Shown here: positions 39,518 through 51,103 of the stretch, one piece after another | How positions within the stretch are numbered: the stretch's first letter is position 1 | How the letters are laid out: every line of letters starts with the position of its first letter | NCBI GenBank assembly: GCA_963666055.2 | Contig: CAXWPH010000012.1 | Span: forward strand, 1 to 64,000 | Source of the DNA: Acidobacteriota bacterium | Lineage (GTDB): Bacteria > Acidobacteriota > UBA890 > WLXD01 | Reading direction: 5' to 3' | DNA: 64,000 nucleotides | Program-made: the position numbers and the translations under genes | The notes under the pieces: model-generated | Seen by the model: only the letters and a program-made list of their open reading frames with translations | Told to the model about the DNA's origin: nothing | Databases searched by the model: none

Positions 39518-40086
39518 TGCGAGTGATTGCCGGGCGGGCGAGAGGGCGGCGGTTGCGTGTCCCCGATCTGGCTCGAGTACGCCCCACCAGCGACCGCGCC
39601 AGGGAGACGCTTTTCAGCGTGCTGCAGCCGCTCTTGGATGGGGCTCGCGTGCTCGACTTGTTCGCCGGTTCCGGGGCACTGGGCCTCGAAGCAGTAAGCC
39701 GCGGAGCGCGCAGCGCCACCTTTGTCGAACGCCACCGCAAGGTCGTCGCCGCGCTACGCGCCAACATCGTTCACTGTCAGCTGGAATCCGAGTGTGAGGT
39801 GATCGTTGCCGACTATCGCGCCGCACTACAGCGGCTCGGGGCCAGCGAGGCTTCGTTCGATCTCGTTTTCATCGATCCAGCATACGGTTCGGGACGCGGC
39901 ACAGAGTGCCTCGAGCTTCTGAGCACACATGGGCTCGACACGCAGGGCGCTCGCGTGGTTCTGGAGCAGCGTCGCGATGAAAGCACCGAGCTGCCTGAAG
40001 AATGGTCGGCGGTGCGAACCCTACGGATAGGGCAGACAGTGTTTCTGATCTGTAGCCGCGTAGAGCCCGACGGTGCGCCCTGCTAA
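39517..40086 (+). CDS. rsmD: 16S rRNA m2G966 methyltransferase RsmD
   Basis: MRVIAG, RPTSDRARETLF, LDLFAGSGALGLEAVSRGA, FIDPAY. Confidence 0.93.
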   Translation: MRVIAGRARGRRLRVPDLARVRPTSDRARETLFSVLQPLLDGARVLDLFAGSGALGLEAVSRGARSATFVERHRKVVAALRANIVHCQLESECEVIVADYRAALQRLGASEASFDLVFIDPAYGSGRGTECLELLSTHGLDTQGARVVLEQRRDESTELPEEWSAVRTLRIGQTVFLICSRVEPDGAPC

Positions 40087-40126
40087 AGTGCGACGGTAGC
40101 TTCCGAATCAGGGGTGGAGGCTAGCA

Positions 40127-40633
40127 ATGGGATCCGAGATCGTGAACACCGCCGCCATATACCCGGGGTCCTTCGACCCCGTCACCAACGGACATTTGGA
40201 CATCATCCGGCGATCCCGGCAGGTGTTCTCGCGTCTGATTGTGGCGGTGCTACGCAACACACGCAAGGACGCAATGTTCCCAGTTGCAGCGCGGGCAGCC
40301 ATGCTCGAGGGGCTGCTCGCTGACGACGACTGTATCGAGGTAATCAGCTTCGATGGGCTGCTAGTCAAGGTGGCGCAGGAGCGCGGTGCCAGCGTCATCA
40401 TCCGCGGTCTGCGCGCCGTGACGGATTTCGAATATGAGTTTCAGATGGCCATGATGAACCGGCACCTCGATGGTCAGATCAAGACCATGTTCATGGTGCC
40501 GCACGAAGACTACACCTACCTCTCATCCAGTTTGATCAAGGAAATCTACGAGCTCGGAGGTACTGTGACAGGCATGGTCCCTGCCGAGGTCGAGGAGCAG
40601 CTACGTGAGCATTTCACCTGCCCAAAGGAGTAA
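40127..40633 (+). CDS. coaD: Pantetheine-phosphate adenylyltransferase
   Basis: YPGSFDPVTNGHLDII, RGLRAVTDFEYE, SSSLIKE. Confidence 0.97.
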   Translation: MGSEIVNTAAIYPGSFDPVTNGHLDIIRRSRQVFSRLIVAVLRNTRKDAMFPVAARAAMLEGLLADDDCIEVISFDGLLVKVAQERGASVIIRGLRAVTDFEYEFQMAMMNRHLDGQIKTMFMVPHEDYTYLSSSLIKEIYELGGTVTGMVPAEVEEQLREHFTCPKE

Positions 40634-40637
40634 CGCC

Positions 40638-41822
40638 TTGCGACTCAGCAGCACCGTGTCGCGCATTGGCGCGTCGGCTACGCTCGCCGCCAGCGAAAAG
40701 GCCCGGCAGCTTCGCGCCGAGGGCGTCGATGTACTCGACCTCGGCCCCGGCCAGCCTGACTTCGATACACCGGAGGCGATCTGCGCGGCCGGCATCCGAG
40801 CAATCCGCGAAGGGCGTACCCGTTACACCTCGGTAGCCGGTATCCCCGAGCTACGCGAGGCGGTCGCCAATCTCTATAGCACGCGCGAGGGGGTGCCCTA
40901 CCGAACCGACGAAACAATGATCACGGCGGGTGGCAAGCAAGGTCTGCACAACTTCTTCATGAGCGTGCTCGACCCAGGCGACGAAGTGATCGTCCCGACA
41001 CCCTACTGGGTAAGTATCCCGGAGCAGGTGAAGCTGGCAGGTGGGGCACCCGTAACCGTCGACACCGACGAGGCCGATGGCTTCGAGTTGCATGCCGACA
41101 CCATCGCTGCGGCGTGCACGGAGCGTACCCGTGTGATCGTCGTGAACACGCCGAACAATCCCAGCGGCGCGGTCATCGACGGCGGTGAAATGCTCAAGCT
41201 GGCCGAGCTCGCGCTCGAGCGCGGTGTGCTGTTGCTGGTTGATGAGTGCTACGCCGCTTTGGTATACGAGGGTGCCGAGCACGTGACCCCCCTGTGCTTG
41301 GGCGAAGAAGCCAAGGACATCACCGTCGTATGCGGCTCGTGTTCCAAGAGCTACGCCATGACCGGATGGCGCATCGGCTACCTCGCGGGTCCGCGTGAGA
41401 TCATCGCCGCCTGCGTTCGCCTGCAGGGTCATACGACGTCGAACCCTTCGTCGGTTAGCCAGTACGCTGCGCTCGAGGCGATGACCGGCGATCAAACGCC
41501 AGTTCGTCAGATGCTGGCCACGTTCGCGGAACGACGGGATCGAGTCCTGCCGCGTATCCGGGCCCTTCCCGGCGTGGAGTGTGTCGAGCCAAAGGGTGCT
41601 TTCTACGCCTTTCCGAACGTCTCGGCCCTGTTCTCGGAGCAGTACCCGACATCCGCCGAGCTGGCGGGCTATTTCATCGATCATGCCCATGTGGTCACCG
41701 TTCCGGGGACAGCGTTCGGCCGCGACGGCTTCCTGCGCCTGTCGTATGCGACGTCGATGGAAACGCTCGAGCGCGCGCTCGACCGACTCGAGACGGCGTG
41801 TGCGACCCTGGCGGCAGGTTAG
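40638..41822 (+). CDS. aspC: Class I PLP aminotransferase (aspartate aminotransferase-like)
   Basis: [46 protein letters not shown] start after AAGGAG. Confidence 0.9.
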   Translation: MRLSSTVSRIGASATLAASEKARQLRAEGVDVLDLGPGQPDFDTPEAICAAGIRAIREGRTRYTSVAGIPELREAVANLYSTREGVPYRTDETMITAGGKQGLHNFFMSVLDPGDEVIVPTPYWVSIPEQVKLAGGAPVTVDTDEADGFELHADTIAAACTERTRVIVVNTPNNPSGAVIDGGEMLKLAELALERGVLLLVDECYAALVYEGAEHVTPLCLGEEAKDITVVCGSCSKSYAMTGWRIGYLAGPREIIAACVRLQGHTTSNPSSVSQYAALEAMTGDQTPVRQMLATFAERRDRVLPRIRALPGVECVEPKGAFYAFPNVSALFSEQYPTSAELAGYFIDHAHVVTVPGTAFGRDGFLRLSYATSMETLERALDRLETACATLAAG

Positions 41823-41875
41823 ACGGCGCACAGAGTGATGGCCAGCGCGATGCTGCACCCTCTGCGGTTGCCGCG

Positions 41876-43882
41876 ATGAGCTCCACCATCGCCGGGGACC
41901 AGTTCCGTCTAACAGCTGATTTCGAGCCCCAAGGCGATCAGCCTCAGGCCATCGAGGAGCTCGAGGCAGGGCTCGCTGCGGGCGCGGCGAACCAGGTCCT
42001 GTTGGGGGTCACCGGCTCCGGCAAGACCTTCACAATGGCGCAGATCATCGCGCGCCGGCAGCGTCCCGCCCTGGTCATCGCACACAACAAGACGCTGGCA
42101 GCGCAACTGTACCAGGAGTTTCGTGACTTCTTTCCTGACAACGCGGTGGAGTATTTCGTCTCCTATTACGACTACTACCAGCCCGAGGCCTACCTTCCGT
42201 CGACCGATACGTATATCGCCAAGGAAACGCTGGTCAACGAAGAAATCGATCGGATGCGGCACTCGGCGACGCGGTCTTTGTGGAGCCGTCGTGACGTCGT
42301 GATCGTGGCGTCAGTGTCCTGTATTTACGGTCTCGGAGCACCGGATTCTTACTACGGGCTCATGCTGCCGTTGGAAGTGGGGACGCGTCTGGACCGGCAG
42401 GACTTCCTGCGGCAACTCGTGGAGTTGCACTACACAAGGCGAGCGCACGGTCTCGAACGTGGCAGCTTTCGCGTACGCGGCGAAGAGGTGGAGGTTCTTC
42501 CCACCTACGGCGAGGAAGCGTTGCGCGTCACTTTCGATGATATGGAGGTCGTCGGGCTGGCCGAAATCGACCCGCTCATGGGGGAGACGCTGCGCCAGCA
42601 CACGAAGCTCGGCCTCTTTCCGGCATCGCACTACGTGACCACCTTGGAACGCCGCACAGAGGCGATCAAGACGATCAAGGCGGAGCTCGATGACTGGCTG
42701 CCAAAGCTCCATTCCGAGGGCAAGATGCTGGAGGCACAGCGGTTGCATCAACGCACGATGTTCGATCTCGAGATGATGCAGACGGTGGGCTACTGTCACG
42801 GTGTCGAAAACTACTCGCGACACCTGACGGGTCGCGAGCCAGGCGAACCCCCGCCGACGCTGATCGAGTATCTGCCGGAGGATCACATCGTCTTCATCGA
42901 CGAATCGCACATGACGGTGCCTCAGCTACGGGGCATGTACGAGGGCGACCGATCGCGAAAGACTACTCTGGTTGAGCACGGGTTCCGCCTGCCCTCAGCC
43001 CTCGACAATCGACCTCTGAACTTCAACGAGTTTCAGGGCCTCGTCGGGCAGGCTATCCACGTGTCGGCCACTCCGGGACCCTGGGAGCTCGAGGAGAGCG
43101 GCGGGGTCGTAGTCGAGCAGATCATCCGGCCCACCGGGTTGACCGACCCGGGTATTGACGTGCGTCCGGCTTCCGGGCAGGTAGATGACCTGCTTGCGGA
43201 GGTGCGAACCCGTGTCGACCGCTCCGAGCGCGTGTTGGTGACGACGCTAACCAAGCGCATGTCCGAGGAGCTCACCGACTACTACGGCGATCTGGGCGTT
43301 CGGGTGCGCTATCTGCACAGTGACATCGATACGCTCGACCGCATCAAGCTGCTGCGTGACTTCCGCCGCGGCGACTTCGACGTCCTCGTTGGGGTGAACT
43401 TGCTCCGCGAAGGACTCGATCTACCCGAAGTAACTCTCGTCGCAGTCTTGGACGCCGACAAGGAAGGCTTCTTGCGGTCGGCAACGGCACTCATCCAGAC
43501 AACCGGTCGCGCGGCTCGTAACGTCGCGGGGAAGGTCATCTTCTACGCCGATCGCGTTACCGCCTCGATGCAACATGCCATCGGCGAGACGACTCGTCGG
43601 CGCGCTATCCAGCAGGCCTACAACGACGAGCACGGCATCGTTCCCGAGACCATAGTGAAGCGGATCTCGGACATCTTTGGGCAGTTCTACGCTCGCGATT
43701 ACGTCGACCTCAACGTGGCCGAGGAACCGGAGCTTCCGATGGATAGCGTGAGCCTACACGAGCGCCTTGGCGAGCTCGAGAAGCAGATGTTGGCAGCCGC
43801 CGAGGAGCTCGACTTCGAGCAGGCGGCCGAGATTCGCGACCGCATGCAGGAGCTGCGCCGGCGGCAGCTCGGCATTTCATGA
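41876..43882 (+). CDS. uvrB: Excinuclease ABC subunit B
   Basis: [47 protein letters not shown], and a C-terminal UVR domain. Confidence 0.97.
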   Translation: MSSTIAGDQFRLTADFEPQGDQPQAIEELEAGLAAGAANQVLLGVTGSGKTFTMAQIIARRQRPALVIAHNKTLAAQLYQEFRDFFPDNAVEYFVSYYDYYQPEAYLPSTDTYIAKETLVNEEIDRMRHSATRSLWSRRDVVIVASVSCIYGLGAPDSYYGLMLPLEVGTRLDRQDFLRQLVELHYTRRAHGLERGSFRVRGEEVEVLPTYGEEALRVTFDDMEVVGLAEIDPLMGETLRQHTKLGLFPASHYVTTLERRTEAIKTIKAELDDWLPKLHSEGKMLEAQRLHQRTMFDLEMMQTVGYCHGVENYSRHLTGREPGEPPPTLIEYLPEDHIVFIDESHMTVPQLRGMYEGDRSRKTTLVEHGFRLPSALDNRPLNFNEFQGLVGQAIHVSATPGPWELEESGGVVVEQIIRPTGLTDPGIDVRPASGQVDDLLAEVRTRVDRSERVLVTTLTKRMSEELTDYYGDLGVRVRYLHSDIDTLDRIKLLRDFRRGDFDVLVGVNLLREGLDLPEVTLVAVLDADKEGFLRSATALIQTTGRAARNVAGKVIFYADRVTASMQHAIGETTRRRAIQQAYNDEHGIVPETIVKRISDIFGQFYARDYVDLNVAEEPELPMDSVSLHERLGELEKQMLAAAEELDFEQAAEIRDRMQELRRRQLGIS

Positions 43883-43904
43883 AACGCCGCCGAAACCGCC
43901 CCTG

Positions 43905-45713
43905 ATGCCGATCGACGCGATCCGCGAGCTCGTCGGCAACCTGCCAGCGAAGCCGGGCGTTTACCTCTTCAAGGATGCTCGAGGTCGCACAATCTACGTC
44001 GGCAAAGCCAACCGTATTCGTGACCGCGTACGATCGCATCTCACCAGCGGCGGGGAGGAACGCCGTCAGCAGCGCATGCTCCACGAGGCCGTCGATGTGG
44101 AGGTGATCGTTACCGATTCCGAGGTCGAGGCACTGACGCTCGAGAACAGCCTCATCAAGCAGAGCGCACCACGGTTCAACGTGCTGCTGCGCGACGACAA
44201 GAACTATCCGTACTTGCGCTTGACCGAGAGTGAGAGGTTTCCCCGCCTGCAGCTGGTGCGCGGCATGAAACAGGACGGCGACGAGTACTTCGGCCCCTAC
44301 ATCCCAAACACCCGGGCGCGCCTCATGCAGGTGGTGGTGTATCGAAACTTCGGTCTGCGTCCGTGCAACATCGACATCGACGGCTCGTGGGAGCGCGCCT
44401 GCCTCTACTACGACATCGGCGAGTGTGCCGGCCCGTGCGTGCGTGCCTTTTGCGACGAAGAGCGTTACTCCGAGATCGCCAAGGAGGTGAAGCTGTTCCT
44501 CCAGGGAAAGGGCGAAGACCTGGAGGGCGATCTGGAAGCCAAGATGCTGAGTGCGTCATCAAACCAGCAATTCGAGCGCGCCGCTCATTATCGCGATCTT
44601 CTGGAGACCGTCCGGACCTCCTCGCGTGAGCAGAAGATGGCCTCGAAAGACCTCGGCAATCGTGACCTGTTCGCCTTTTATCGTGAGGGGCAGCGTGCCG
44701 CGCTGCAGGTCTTCCTGGTGCGCGATGGCCTCGTCGTCGAACGGCGTCAGTATTTCTGGGACGACGTAAAGGGCGCCGACGAGCAGGAGCTTCTGACTAC
44801 GAGTTTGCAGCAGTACTATCACGGCGGCACCACGATTCCGCCCGAGGTATGCGTACCAACGGCGCTTGATTCGGCCGACGTGCTGATGGAGTGGCTAAGA
44901 AACGCTCGTGGAGGAGCGGTCAAGTTGGTGGTTCCGCAGCGCGGGCCCAAGCGGCGATTGCTCGAGCTGGTAGTGCAGAACGCCAAGCTCGCGTACGCGC
45001 ATCGGTACGAGCGTGGCGCGGCAGAACGCGGCGCCCAGCGGTTGCAGGAATTGCTGGACTTGGACCATCCGCCGCAGCTGATCCAATGTGTTGATGTGTC
45101 GAATCTGCAGGGGGGACAGATCGTTGCCAGCTTGGTGTCGCTGCGCGATGGTAAACCCGATAAGTCGAGTTACAAGCGGTTCCGTATCCGCGACTTGGCT
45201 GGACAGGACGACTTCGAGTCCATTGCCCAGGTAGTTCGGCGACACTTTCAGCGGGTGCTGGACGGCGAGTTGCCAGCGCCCGACCTGTTGTTGATCGACG
45301 GTGGCAAGGGGCAACTGTCATCGGCGTATGCGGCATTGACGGAGCTCGGCATGCAGCAGCAGGCGGTGGCTGCAATCGAGAAGGGCGAGGAGAAGCTCTT
45401 CCTCGCGGGGCGCGCCGCTCCTGTTCCGTTGCGACCGCATGCGGATGCGCTCAAGTTGGTGCAGAGAGTGCGCGACGAGGCCCACCGCTTTGCGATCACC
45501 TACCATCGTTCACTGCGTAGCAAGTCGGTGCTGCGGTCAGAATTGAGCGAGATCCCCGGCGTCGGACCGAAGCGCCAACGCGCTTTGCTCCGTAGGTTCG
45601 GGTCCCTTGCCGGGGTGCGCACGGCTTCCGAGGCGGAATTGGCCGAGGTCGTCGGCATCAACCTCGCCGGGTCGATCCGCGACGTTCTAGCACCGACCAG
45701 ACCGGCGGGATAG
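43905..45713 (+). CDS. uvrC: Excinuclease ABC subunit C
   Basis: PGVYLFKD..IYVGKA GIY-YIG, LRDDKNYPY, IDGGKGQL, RDEAHRFAI, and HhH IPGVG. Confidence 0.96.
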   Translation: MPIDAIRELVGNLPAKPGVYLFKDARGRTIYVGKANRIRDRVRSHLTSGGEERRQQRMLHEAVDVEVIVTDSEVEALTLENSLIKQSAPRFNVLLRDDKNYPYLRLTESERFPRLQLVRGMKQDGDEYFGPYIPNTRARLMQVVVYRNFGLRPCNIDIDGSWERACLYYDIGECAGPCVRAFCDEERYSEIAKEVKLFLQGKGEDLEGDLEAKMLSASSNQQFERAAHYRDLLETVRTSSREQKMASKDLGNRDLFAFYREGQRAALQVFLVRDGLVVERRQYFWDDVKGADEQELLTTSLQQYYHGGTTIPPEVCVPTALDSADVLMEWLRNARGGAVKLVVPQRGPKRRLLELVVQNAKLAYAHRYERGAAERGAQRLQELLDLDHPPQLIQCVDVSNLQGGQIVASLVSLRDGKPDKSSYKRFRIRDLAGQDDFESIAQVVRRHFQRVLDGELPAPDLLLIDGGKGQLSSAYAALTELGMQQQAVAAIEKGEEKLFLAGRAAPVPLRPHADALKLVQRVRDEAHRFAITYHRSLRSKSVLRSELSEIPGVGPKRQRALLRRFGSLAGVRTASEAELAEVVGINLAGSIRDVLAPTRPAG

Positions 45714-45722
45714 CATCACTCT

Positions 45723-46373
45723 ATGGAGGGAGCCGGCCTCATCGTCACCCAGATCGTCGCGCTGCTGTTCGCGATCTCGTTTCACGAGTCGGCGCACGCC
45801 TGGTCGGCCGACCGACTCGGCGACCCGACGGCACGGATGCTTGGCCGAGTGACCATGAACCCGCTCGCCCATATCGATCCGATAATGACGATCTTGTTCC
45901 CGGCCATGATGATCTTCGCCGGGCTGCCACCGTTCGGTGCTGCGAAGCCGGTGCCGGTCAATACGGCCAACCTGCTCCGTCCGAAGCGAGATCACGCCTG
46001 GATTGCCGCCGCGGGGCCGCTGAGCAACGTGCTCTTAGCGGTGATTTGCGTGTTCTTGATACGTTTGATGCGTGCCAACCAGGAAGTGCTCGTCGGCCTT
46101 GTCTCAGCAAGCGTGTTTCTGCCAGTCCTGCAGTTGCTGGTGGCTTCCTTGCTGATCAATTTGCTGCTGGCCGCCTTCAACATGATCCCGATTCCGCCGC
46201 TGGACGGCTCGTGGATCCTCTCGGCGACGCTGTCCGGCTCGGTGGCGCGGTTCTACCGCTCCATACAGCCATACGGCTTCTTCATCCTGATCGCGCTGAT
46301 ATGGCTCGGCGCCTTACGGGTGTTCATCTTGCCGGTGATCCGTTTAGGGCAAACCCTTGCGGGCCTCGGATAG
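45723..46373 (+). CDS. Site-2 protease family (M50) metalloprotease
   Basis: HESAH, AGPLSN, FNMIPIPPLDG. Confidence 0.93.
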   Translation: MEGAGLIVTQIVALLFAISFHESAHAWSADRLGDPTARMLGRVTMNPLAHIDPIMTILFPAMMIFAGLPPFGAAKPVPVNTANLLRPKRDHAWIAAAGPLSNVLLAVICVFLIRLMRANQEVLVGLVSASVFLPVLQLLVASLLINLLLAAFNMIPIPPLDGSWILSATLSGSVARFYRSIQPYGFFILIALIWLGALRVFILPVIRLGQTLAGLG

Positions 46374-46389
46374 GCGCGACGATCCGATC

Positions 46390-47157
46390 GTGGCCGATGA
46401 AAACTCAACCCCGTTTCTCGTTCATACGGAGTCTTTTGACGGACCACTCGACCTGCTGCTCCACTTGGTGCGCCGCCATGAGGTTGCGATCGAACAGGTG
46501 CCGCTGGCGCAGATCACCGCTGAGTATGTCGAGACCCTCGAGCTCATGGCCGAGCTCGAGCTGGAGCCGGCTGCAGAGTTCTTAGAGGTCGCGGCCACGT
46601 TGATGCGCTTCAAGGCCCGGGCCCTGCTGCCGCGCCCAGCGGTTCCAGAAGACCCTGAGCTCGCTGCGCAAGAGGAAGCCGTACTACTTCAGCAGCTCGT
46701 AGAGCACCAGGTCGTTCGCCTGGCAGCACAGCAGCTACGTCACCGCGAAAACCAAGCCGCGGCGGTGTGGTTCCGAGGCGAGGTCAGCCCCGCCGGCATC
46801 GAGGCCACCGACAGCGAGATCGTCGAGGCTGACCTGTTCACTCTGGTGACGGCATTCCGCAATGTCGTGGCTGGTCTCGAGGAGCCTGCTGCCTTCGAGG
46901 TTCCGCGTGAGGAGTTCTCCGTGGCCGAATGTTCCGCCGAGATCCGCGCCAAGCTCGCCTTGGGCGTGCCAGTACCGTTCCTGGAGCTCTTCGAGTCAGG
47001 AGCACCGCGCGGCAAGTTGATCGCGACGTTTCTGGCACTACTGGACCTGATACGCGGCTCCATGGTGCGCGCGTTCCAGGACGGGCCGCTGGGCACGATC
47101 TTGGTCTTTTCCACTGACGCTGACGATGATGTCGGCACCAACGAGACGACCGCATGA
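46390..47157 (+). CDS. scpA: Segregation and condensation protein A
   Basis: FDGPLDLLLHL, AEFLEVAATL..KARALLP, TFLALLDL. Confidence 0.92.
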   Translation: MADENSTPFLVHTESFDGPLDLLLHLVRRHEVAIEQVPLAQITAEYVETLELMAELELEPAAEFLEVAATLMRFKARALLPRPAVPEDPELAAQEEAVLLQQLVEHQVVRLAAQQLRHRENQAAAVWFRGEVSPAGIEATDSEIVEADLFTLVTAFRNVVAGLEEPAAFEVPREEFSVAECSAEIRAKLALGVPVPFLELFESGAPRGKLIATFLALLDLIRGSMVRAFQDGPLGTILVFSTDADDDVGTNETTA

Positions 47158-47726
47158 CCGAGTCCGCGGATTCTGTTGAGCTGCTCAGCACTATCGAAGC
47201 GGTGCTTTATGCCGCCGATCAGCCGGTATCGGCGGACCGGTTGGTGGAGCTCGTCTCGAAAGCGTGTGACGGGGATGGGGACGCCAACCTCGACGTGGAC
47301 ACGGTGCGCTCGGCATGCCTGGAACTGGAGGAGCGCTATCGAGCCAACGCCTCAGCGCTACAGGTCATGGAGATTGCTCGAGGATACCGTCTCGGTACCC
47401 GGCCGCATTTCGATGCCATTATTCGTCTACTGCGACAGGTCGAGCGGCCCACCCAGCTGTCGTTGCCGGCACTCGAAACGCTGGCCGTGGTCGCCTACCG
47501 CCAGCCCACCACAATTGCTGAGATCCACTCGATCCGTGGCAAGGACCCCGGGGCTGCCCTACGCCGGTTACGCGATCTGCGGTTGGTGCGAATCACAGGC
47601 CGGCGCCGAGCGGTTGGACGTCCGTTTACATATGGCACCACAGATCGTTTTCTGGAGCTCTTCGGCCTCCGAGACCTCACGGAGCTGCCGTCGGAGGAGG
47701 AGTTCCAAGAGTTGCTCGAAGCCTGA
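47154..47726 (+). CDS. scpB: Segregation and condensation protein B
   Basis: IEAVLY, ALETLAVVAYRQP, GRPFTYGTTDRFLELFGL. Confidence 0.94.
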   Translation: MTESADSVELLSTIEAVLYAADQPVSADRLVELVSKACDGDGDANLDVDTVRSACLELEERYRANASALQVMEIARGYRLGTRPHFDAIIRLLRQVERPTQLSLPALETLAVVAYRQPTTIAEIHSIRGKDPGAALRRLRDLRLVRITGRRRAVGRPFTYGTTDRFLELFGLRDLTELPSEEEFQELLEA

Positions 47727-47738
47727 GTGCCCGCCGCG

Positions 47739-48488
47739 ATGCCATCGGCGCGACTCCAGAAGCTCATCGCCGCCGCCGGGCTCACCTCGCGCCGCAAGGC
47801 CGAGGGACTGATAGTCAATGGGCGGGTGACGGTAAATGGCGCCGTGATCTCGGACCTCGGCGCCAAAGCCGACGTCGACCTTGATGATGTGCGCGTTGAC
47901 GGCCAACCCCTGCCGCGTCCACGGCGCGTATACCTGGCGCTCAACAAGCCGCGCGGGGGGGTGAGCTCGCTGCATGACCCGTATGCGCAGCGCGTCATTA
48001 CCGATCTACTGGGGAGCGACATCCAGGAGCGCGTCTATCCGGCGGGCCGGCTCGACCGCGAGAGCGAGGGGCTTATCCTGTTGACCAACGACGGGGCGCT
48101 CATGCAGGCCATGACCCGACCGGGCGGCGGGGTGGAAAAAGTCTATACAGTGCACGTCCGTGGGGTCCCGAATGAAGCCGATCTCGATCAGCTGCGCGCC
48201 GGCACGCGGCTGAATGGGCACCGCCTGTTGGCGTGCAGCGTCGAACCCTTGCCAGGGTCCGCCCCGCAGCAATCCGTGTTCCGTGTGATCCTGCACGAGG
48301 GGAAGAAGAACCAGATTCGACGGATGTTCGGCGATCTCGGCTACTGCGTGGAGAAGCTGGTTCGCACGCGGATCGGCCCCGTCAGACTCGGCGATCTGCA
48401 GCCCGCGTCGTACCGCAGGCTAAGCAAGCGTGAGGAGACCGTCTTGAAGCGGCAGGCCCTGCGACAGGCGCCGAATGAGGCGCGATGA
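47739..48488 (+). CDS. rluB: RsuA/RluB-family pseudouridine synthase
   Basis: RLQKLIAAAG S4 domain, LNKPRG, GRLDRESEGL, EGKKNQIRRM. Follows scpB. Confidence 0.88.
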   Translation: MPSARLQKLIAAAGLTSRRKAEGLIVNGRVTVNGAVISDLGAKADVDLDDVRVDGQPLPRPRRVYLALNKPRGGVSSLHDPYAQRVITDLLGSDIQERVYPAGRLDRESEGLILLTNDGALMQAMTRPGGGVEKVYTVHVRGVPNEADLDQLRAGTRLNGHRLLACSVEPLPGSAPQQSVFRVILHEGKKNQIRRMFGDLGYCVEKLVRTRIGPVRLGDLQPASYRRLSKREETVLKRQALRQAPNEAR

Positions 48489-49138
48489 GCGATCATCCCT
48501 TGCGCATAGCCATCGACGGACCGAGTGGGGCAGGCAAGTCGACCTTGGCACGGGCTCTCGCTCGAGCCTTGGGCCTGCGCTACCTCGACACCGGATCGAT
48601 GTACCGCGCCGTCGCCTGGAAGGCCATGCAGGCCAGCGCGCTAGATTCCGACGACGTCGTGGCACTGCTCGACGGCATGGATCTACAGGTGACCGCGGAC
48701 CCGGAGAACTTCCGGGTCCGAGTCGGGGGGATCGACGTAACCGACGAGCTGCGGACCCCGAGCATCGGCCGCCGCGCTTCCGAGGTGGCTCAGATTGCCG
48801 CAGTGCGTGCTTGGTTGCTGCAGCGGCAGCGCGACGAGGCGGAGCACGGCGCGGTCCTCGAGGGACGCGATATCGGCAGCGTGGTGCTTCCCGACGCCGA
48901 TGCCAAGTTTTTTATCACGGCGCCCGAAGCGGAGCGCCTAGAGAGACGCGCCCGCCAGCTCGGCGGGGCCAGCTCTGCCGAGGTCGCCGAGGATGTCCGC
49001 GATCGCGATCGGCGCGACGAGCAACGCGCCGCATCACCGCTGCGAGTCTCGCCCGGGGCAACCGTCATCAATACCGGCGGCGAGGACGAGGAGACGAGCC
49101 TGAAGCGGCTCCTGCGTGTGGTCCGCGCGTCGCGTTGA
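48485..49138 (+). CDS. cmk: Cytidylate kinase
   Basis: IAIDGPSGAGKST, LDTGSMYRA, EGRDIG. Confidence 0.96.
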   Translation: MSDHPLRIAIDGPSGAGKSTLARALARALGLRYLDTGSMYRAVAWKAMQASALDSDDVVALLDGMDLQVTADPENFRVRVGGIDVTDELRTPSIGRRASEVAQIAAVRAWLLQRQRDEAEHGAVLEGRDIGSVVLPDADAKFFITAPEAERLERRARQLGGASSAEVAEDVRDRDRRDEQRAASPLRVSPGATVINTGGEDEETSLKRLLRVVRASR

Positions 49139-49163
49139 CAGTCACCCGAGACCCCCCTAGGAT
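49135..49163 (+). promoter_or_regulatory. sigma70 promoter of rpsA
   Basis: TTGACA - 17 bp - TAGGAT, overlapping the cmk stop. Confidence 0.75.
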
Positions 49164-49234
49164 TAGGGGCTGCCCCCGTAGGGCATAGGTGTGCCCAGAG
49201 GGCAAATTCCGCGTTCAGGAGGATACCCAACCCC

Positions 49235-51064
49235 ATGTCGGTCCAGACGGAAGAAGAACCAAACTCGCGCCCCTTGGACGATTTGCTCGCCCAGCTCGAC
49301 GCCATGGAAGGCGGGCAGATCGACCCCAAGCTCATGATGCAGCTCTACGAAGAGAGCCTGCAGGATCTCGCAGAGGGCGAAGTTGTCAACGGAAACGTAC
49401 TCGAAGTACGCGAGAACGACGTCCTCATAGATATCGGCTACAAGTCGGAAGGTCTCGTCGACATCAACGAGTTCCGCGATCCCCTCGGCGAGTTGCTGGT
49501 TGCCGCCGGCGACCAGGTCGAGGTGCTGCTCGTCCGACGCGAGGATCAGAACGGTAACGTCATCGTCTCCAAGGACAAAGCGGAGAAGATGAAGGTATGG
49601 GGCAAGATCGAGGAAGCCTACCGCGATGAGGCGACGATCAAAGGAATCGTCACGGACCGCGTCAAGGGTGGCCTGTCAGTTGACATCGGGGTGCGCGCCT
49701 TCCTGCCAGGCTCCCAAGTCGACCTGCGCCCGGTGCGCAACCTCGAGGCAATGCGCGGCGAGGAAATCGAGTGCCGCGTCATCAAGGTAAACAAGCGCCG
49801 CGCCAACGTCGTCGTGTCGCGCAAGGCGGTGCTCGAAGAGGCTCGCGCCGAAGAGAAGAAGGGCACGCTCGGCAAGCTCATCACTGGCAATATCCTTCCC
49901 GGTGTAGTCAAGAACATCACCGACTACGGGTGTTTCACCGATCTGGGTGGTATTGACGGCTTGCTGCATATTACCGACATGTCCTGGGGACGCATTTCGC
50001 ACCCCACTGAGATGTTCAAGATCGGCGATGAGATCAAGGTCGTCATCCTCAGCTTCGACCCGGAGCGCGAGCGCGTGTCGCTGGGCTGCAAGCAGCTCAC
50101 GCAGGATCCTTGGATCGGAGTGACCGAGAAGTATCCAGTCGGATCGCGACTCCAGGGGAAGGTCGTCAGCCTTACCGACTATGGCGCCTTCGTGGAGCTC
50201 GAGGAGGGCGTCGAGGGGCTCGTCCACATCTCGGAGATGACCTGGAAAAAGCGCATCAAGCACCCCTCCAAGCTGGTGCAGATCGCCGACCCGGTGGACA
50301 TCGTCATTCTTGACGTCGACGAGGACAACCGTCGCATCTCGTTGGGCATGAAACAGACTGAGCCCAACCCCTGGCGCGTCATTGCCGACAAGTATCATGA
50401 GGGTCAGGTAATCACTGGCCGGGTCCGAAACCTGACCGACTTCGGTGCCTTTGTAGAGATCGAGGATGGCATCGACGGCTTGATCCACATCTCCGACATG
50501 TCGTGGACCAAGCGCGTCGAACACCCTTCTGAGGTCCTGCAAAAGGGGCAGGAGGTTGAGGTCGCGGTGCTGAATGTCGACGTTGAGCGACAGCGCCTGT
50601 CGCTCGGTCTCAAGCAACTGCGGCCGAACGTCTGGGACCAGTTCATCGAGAAACATCACGTGGGCGACCAGATCAGCGGGCAAGTAACCAAGCTGACCAA
50701 CTTCGGTGCGTTTGTGGAACTGCAGGAGGGCCTCGAGGGACTCCTGCACGTTTCCGAGATCGCGGATCGGCACGTGAAGGACCCGGCAGACGAGCTGAAG
50801 GTCGGAGATACCGTCGACGTACGCATACTCAAGATCGAAACCGACGCTCGAAAGATCGCCCTCTCTCTGCGCGAAGGAGACAGCGCGGCACCGCCGCGTG
50901 ACTACGAGCCGGTCGCACCGGCTGAGCCCACCAGCCGTTACGAGAAGGACGGCACGATGACGCTCGGGGACATGGTTGGGAACATCTTCGGCTCCAGATC
51001 CGACGCGGCGTCAGAATCCGACGACGACGCGCCGCCGGACGAGCCAGACGTGGACGAGGAGTAG
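49235..51064 (+). CDS. rpsA: 30S ribosomal protein S1
   Basis: Six S1 repeats (DIGYKSEG, AFLPGSQVD, DGLLHITDMSW, etc.). Confidence 0.97.
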   Translation: MSVQTEEEPNSRPLDDLLAQLDAMEGGQIDPKLMMQLYEESLQDLAEGEVVNGNVLEVRENDVLIDIGYKSEGLVDINEFRDPLGELLVAAGDQVEVLLVRREDQNGNVIVSKDKAEKMKVWGKIEEAYRDEATIKGIVTDRVKGGLSVDIGVRAFLPGSQVDLRPVRNLEAMRGEEIECRVIKVNKRRANVVVSRKAVLEEARAEEKKGTLGKLITGNILPGVVKNITDYGCFTDLGGIDGLLHITDMSWGRISHPTEMFKIGDEIKVVILSFDPERERVSLGCKQLTQDPWIGVTEKYPVGSRLQGKVVSLTDYGAFVELEEGVEGLVHISEMTWKKRIKHPSKLVQIADPVDIVILDVDEDNRRISLGMKQTEPNPWRVIADKYHEGQVITGRVRNLTDFGAFVEIEDGIDGLIHISDMSWTKRVEHPSEVLQKGQEVEVAVLNVDVERQRLSLGLKQLRPNVWDQFIEKHHVGDQISGQVTKLTNFGAFVELQEGLEGLLHVSEIADRHVKDPADELKVGDTVDVRILKIETDARKIALSLREGDSAAPPRDYEPVAPAEPTSRYEKDGTMTLGDMVGNIFGSRSDAASESDDDAPPDEPDVDEE

Positions 51065-51103
51065 CGGCGCCGGCCGGTGGCCGAACAATACGCCCGTGTA
51101 GCG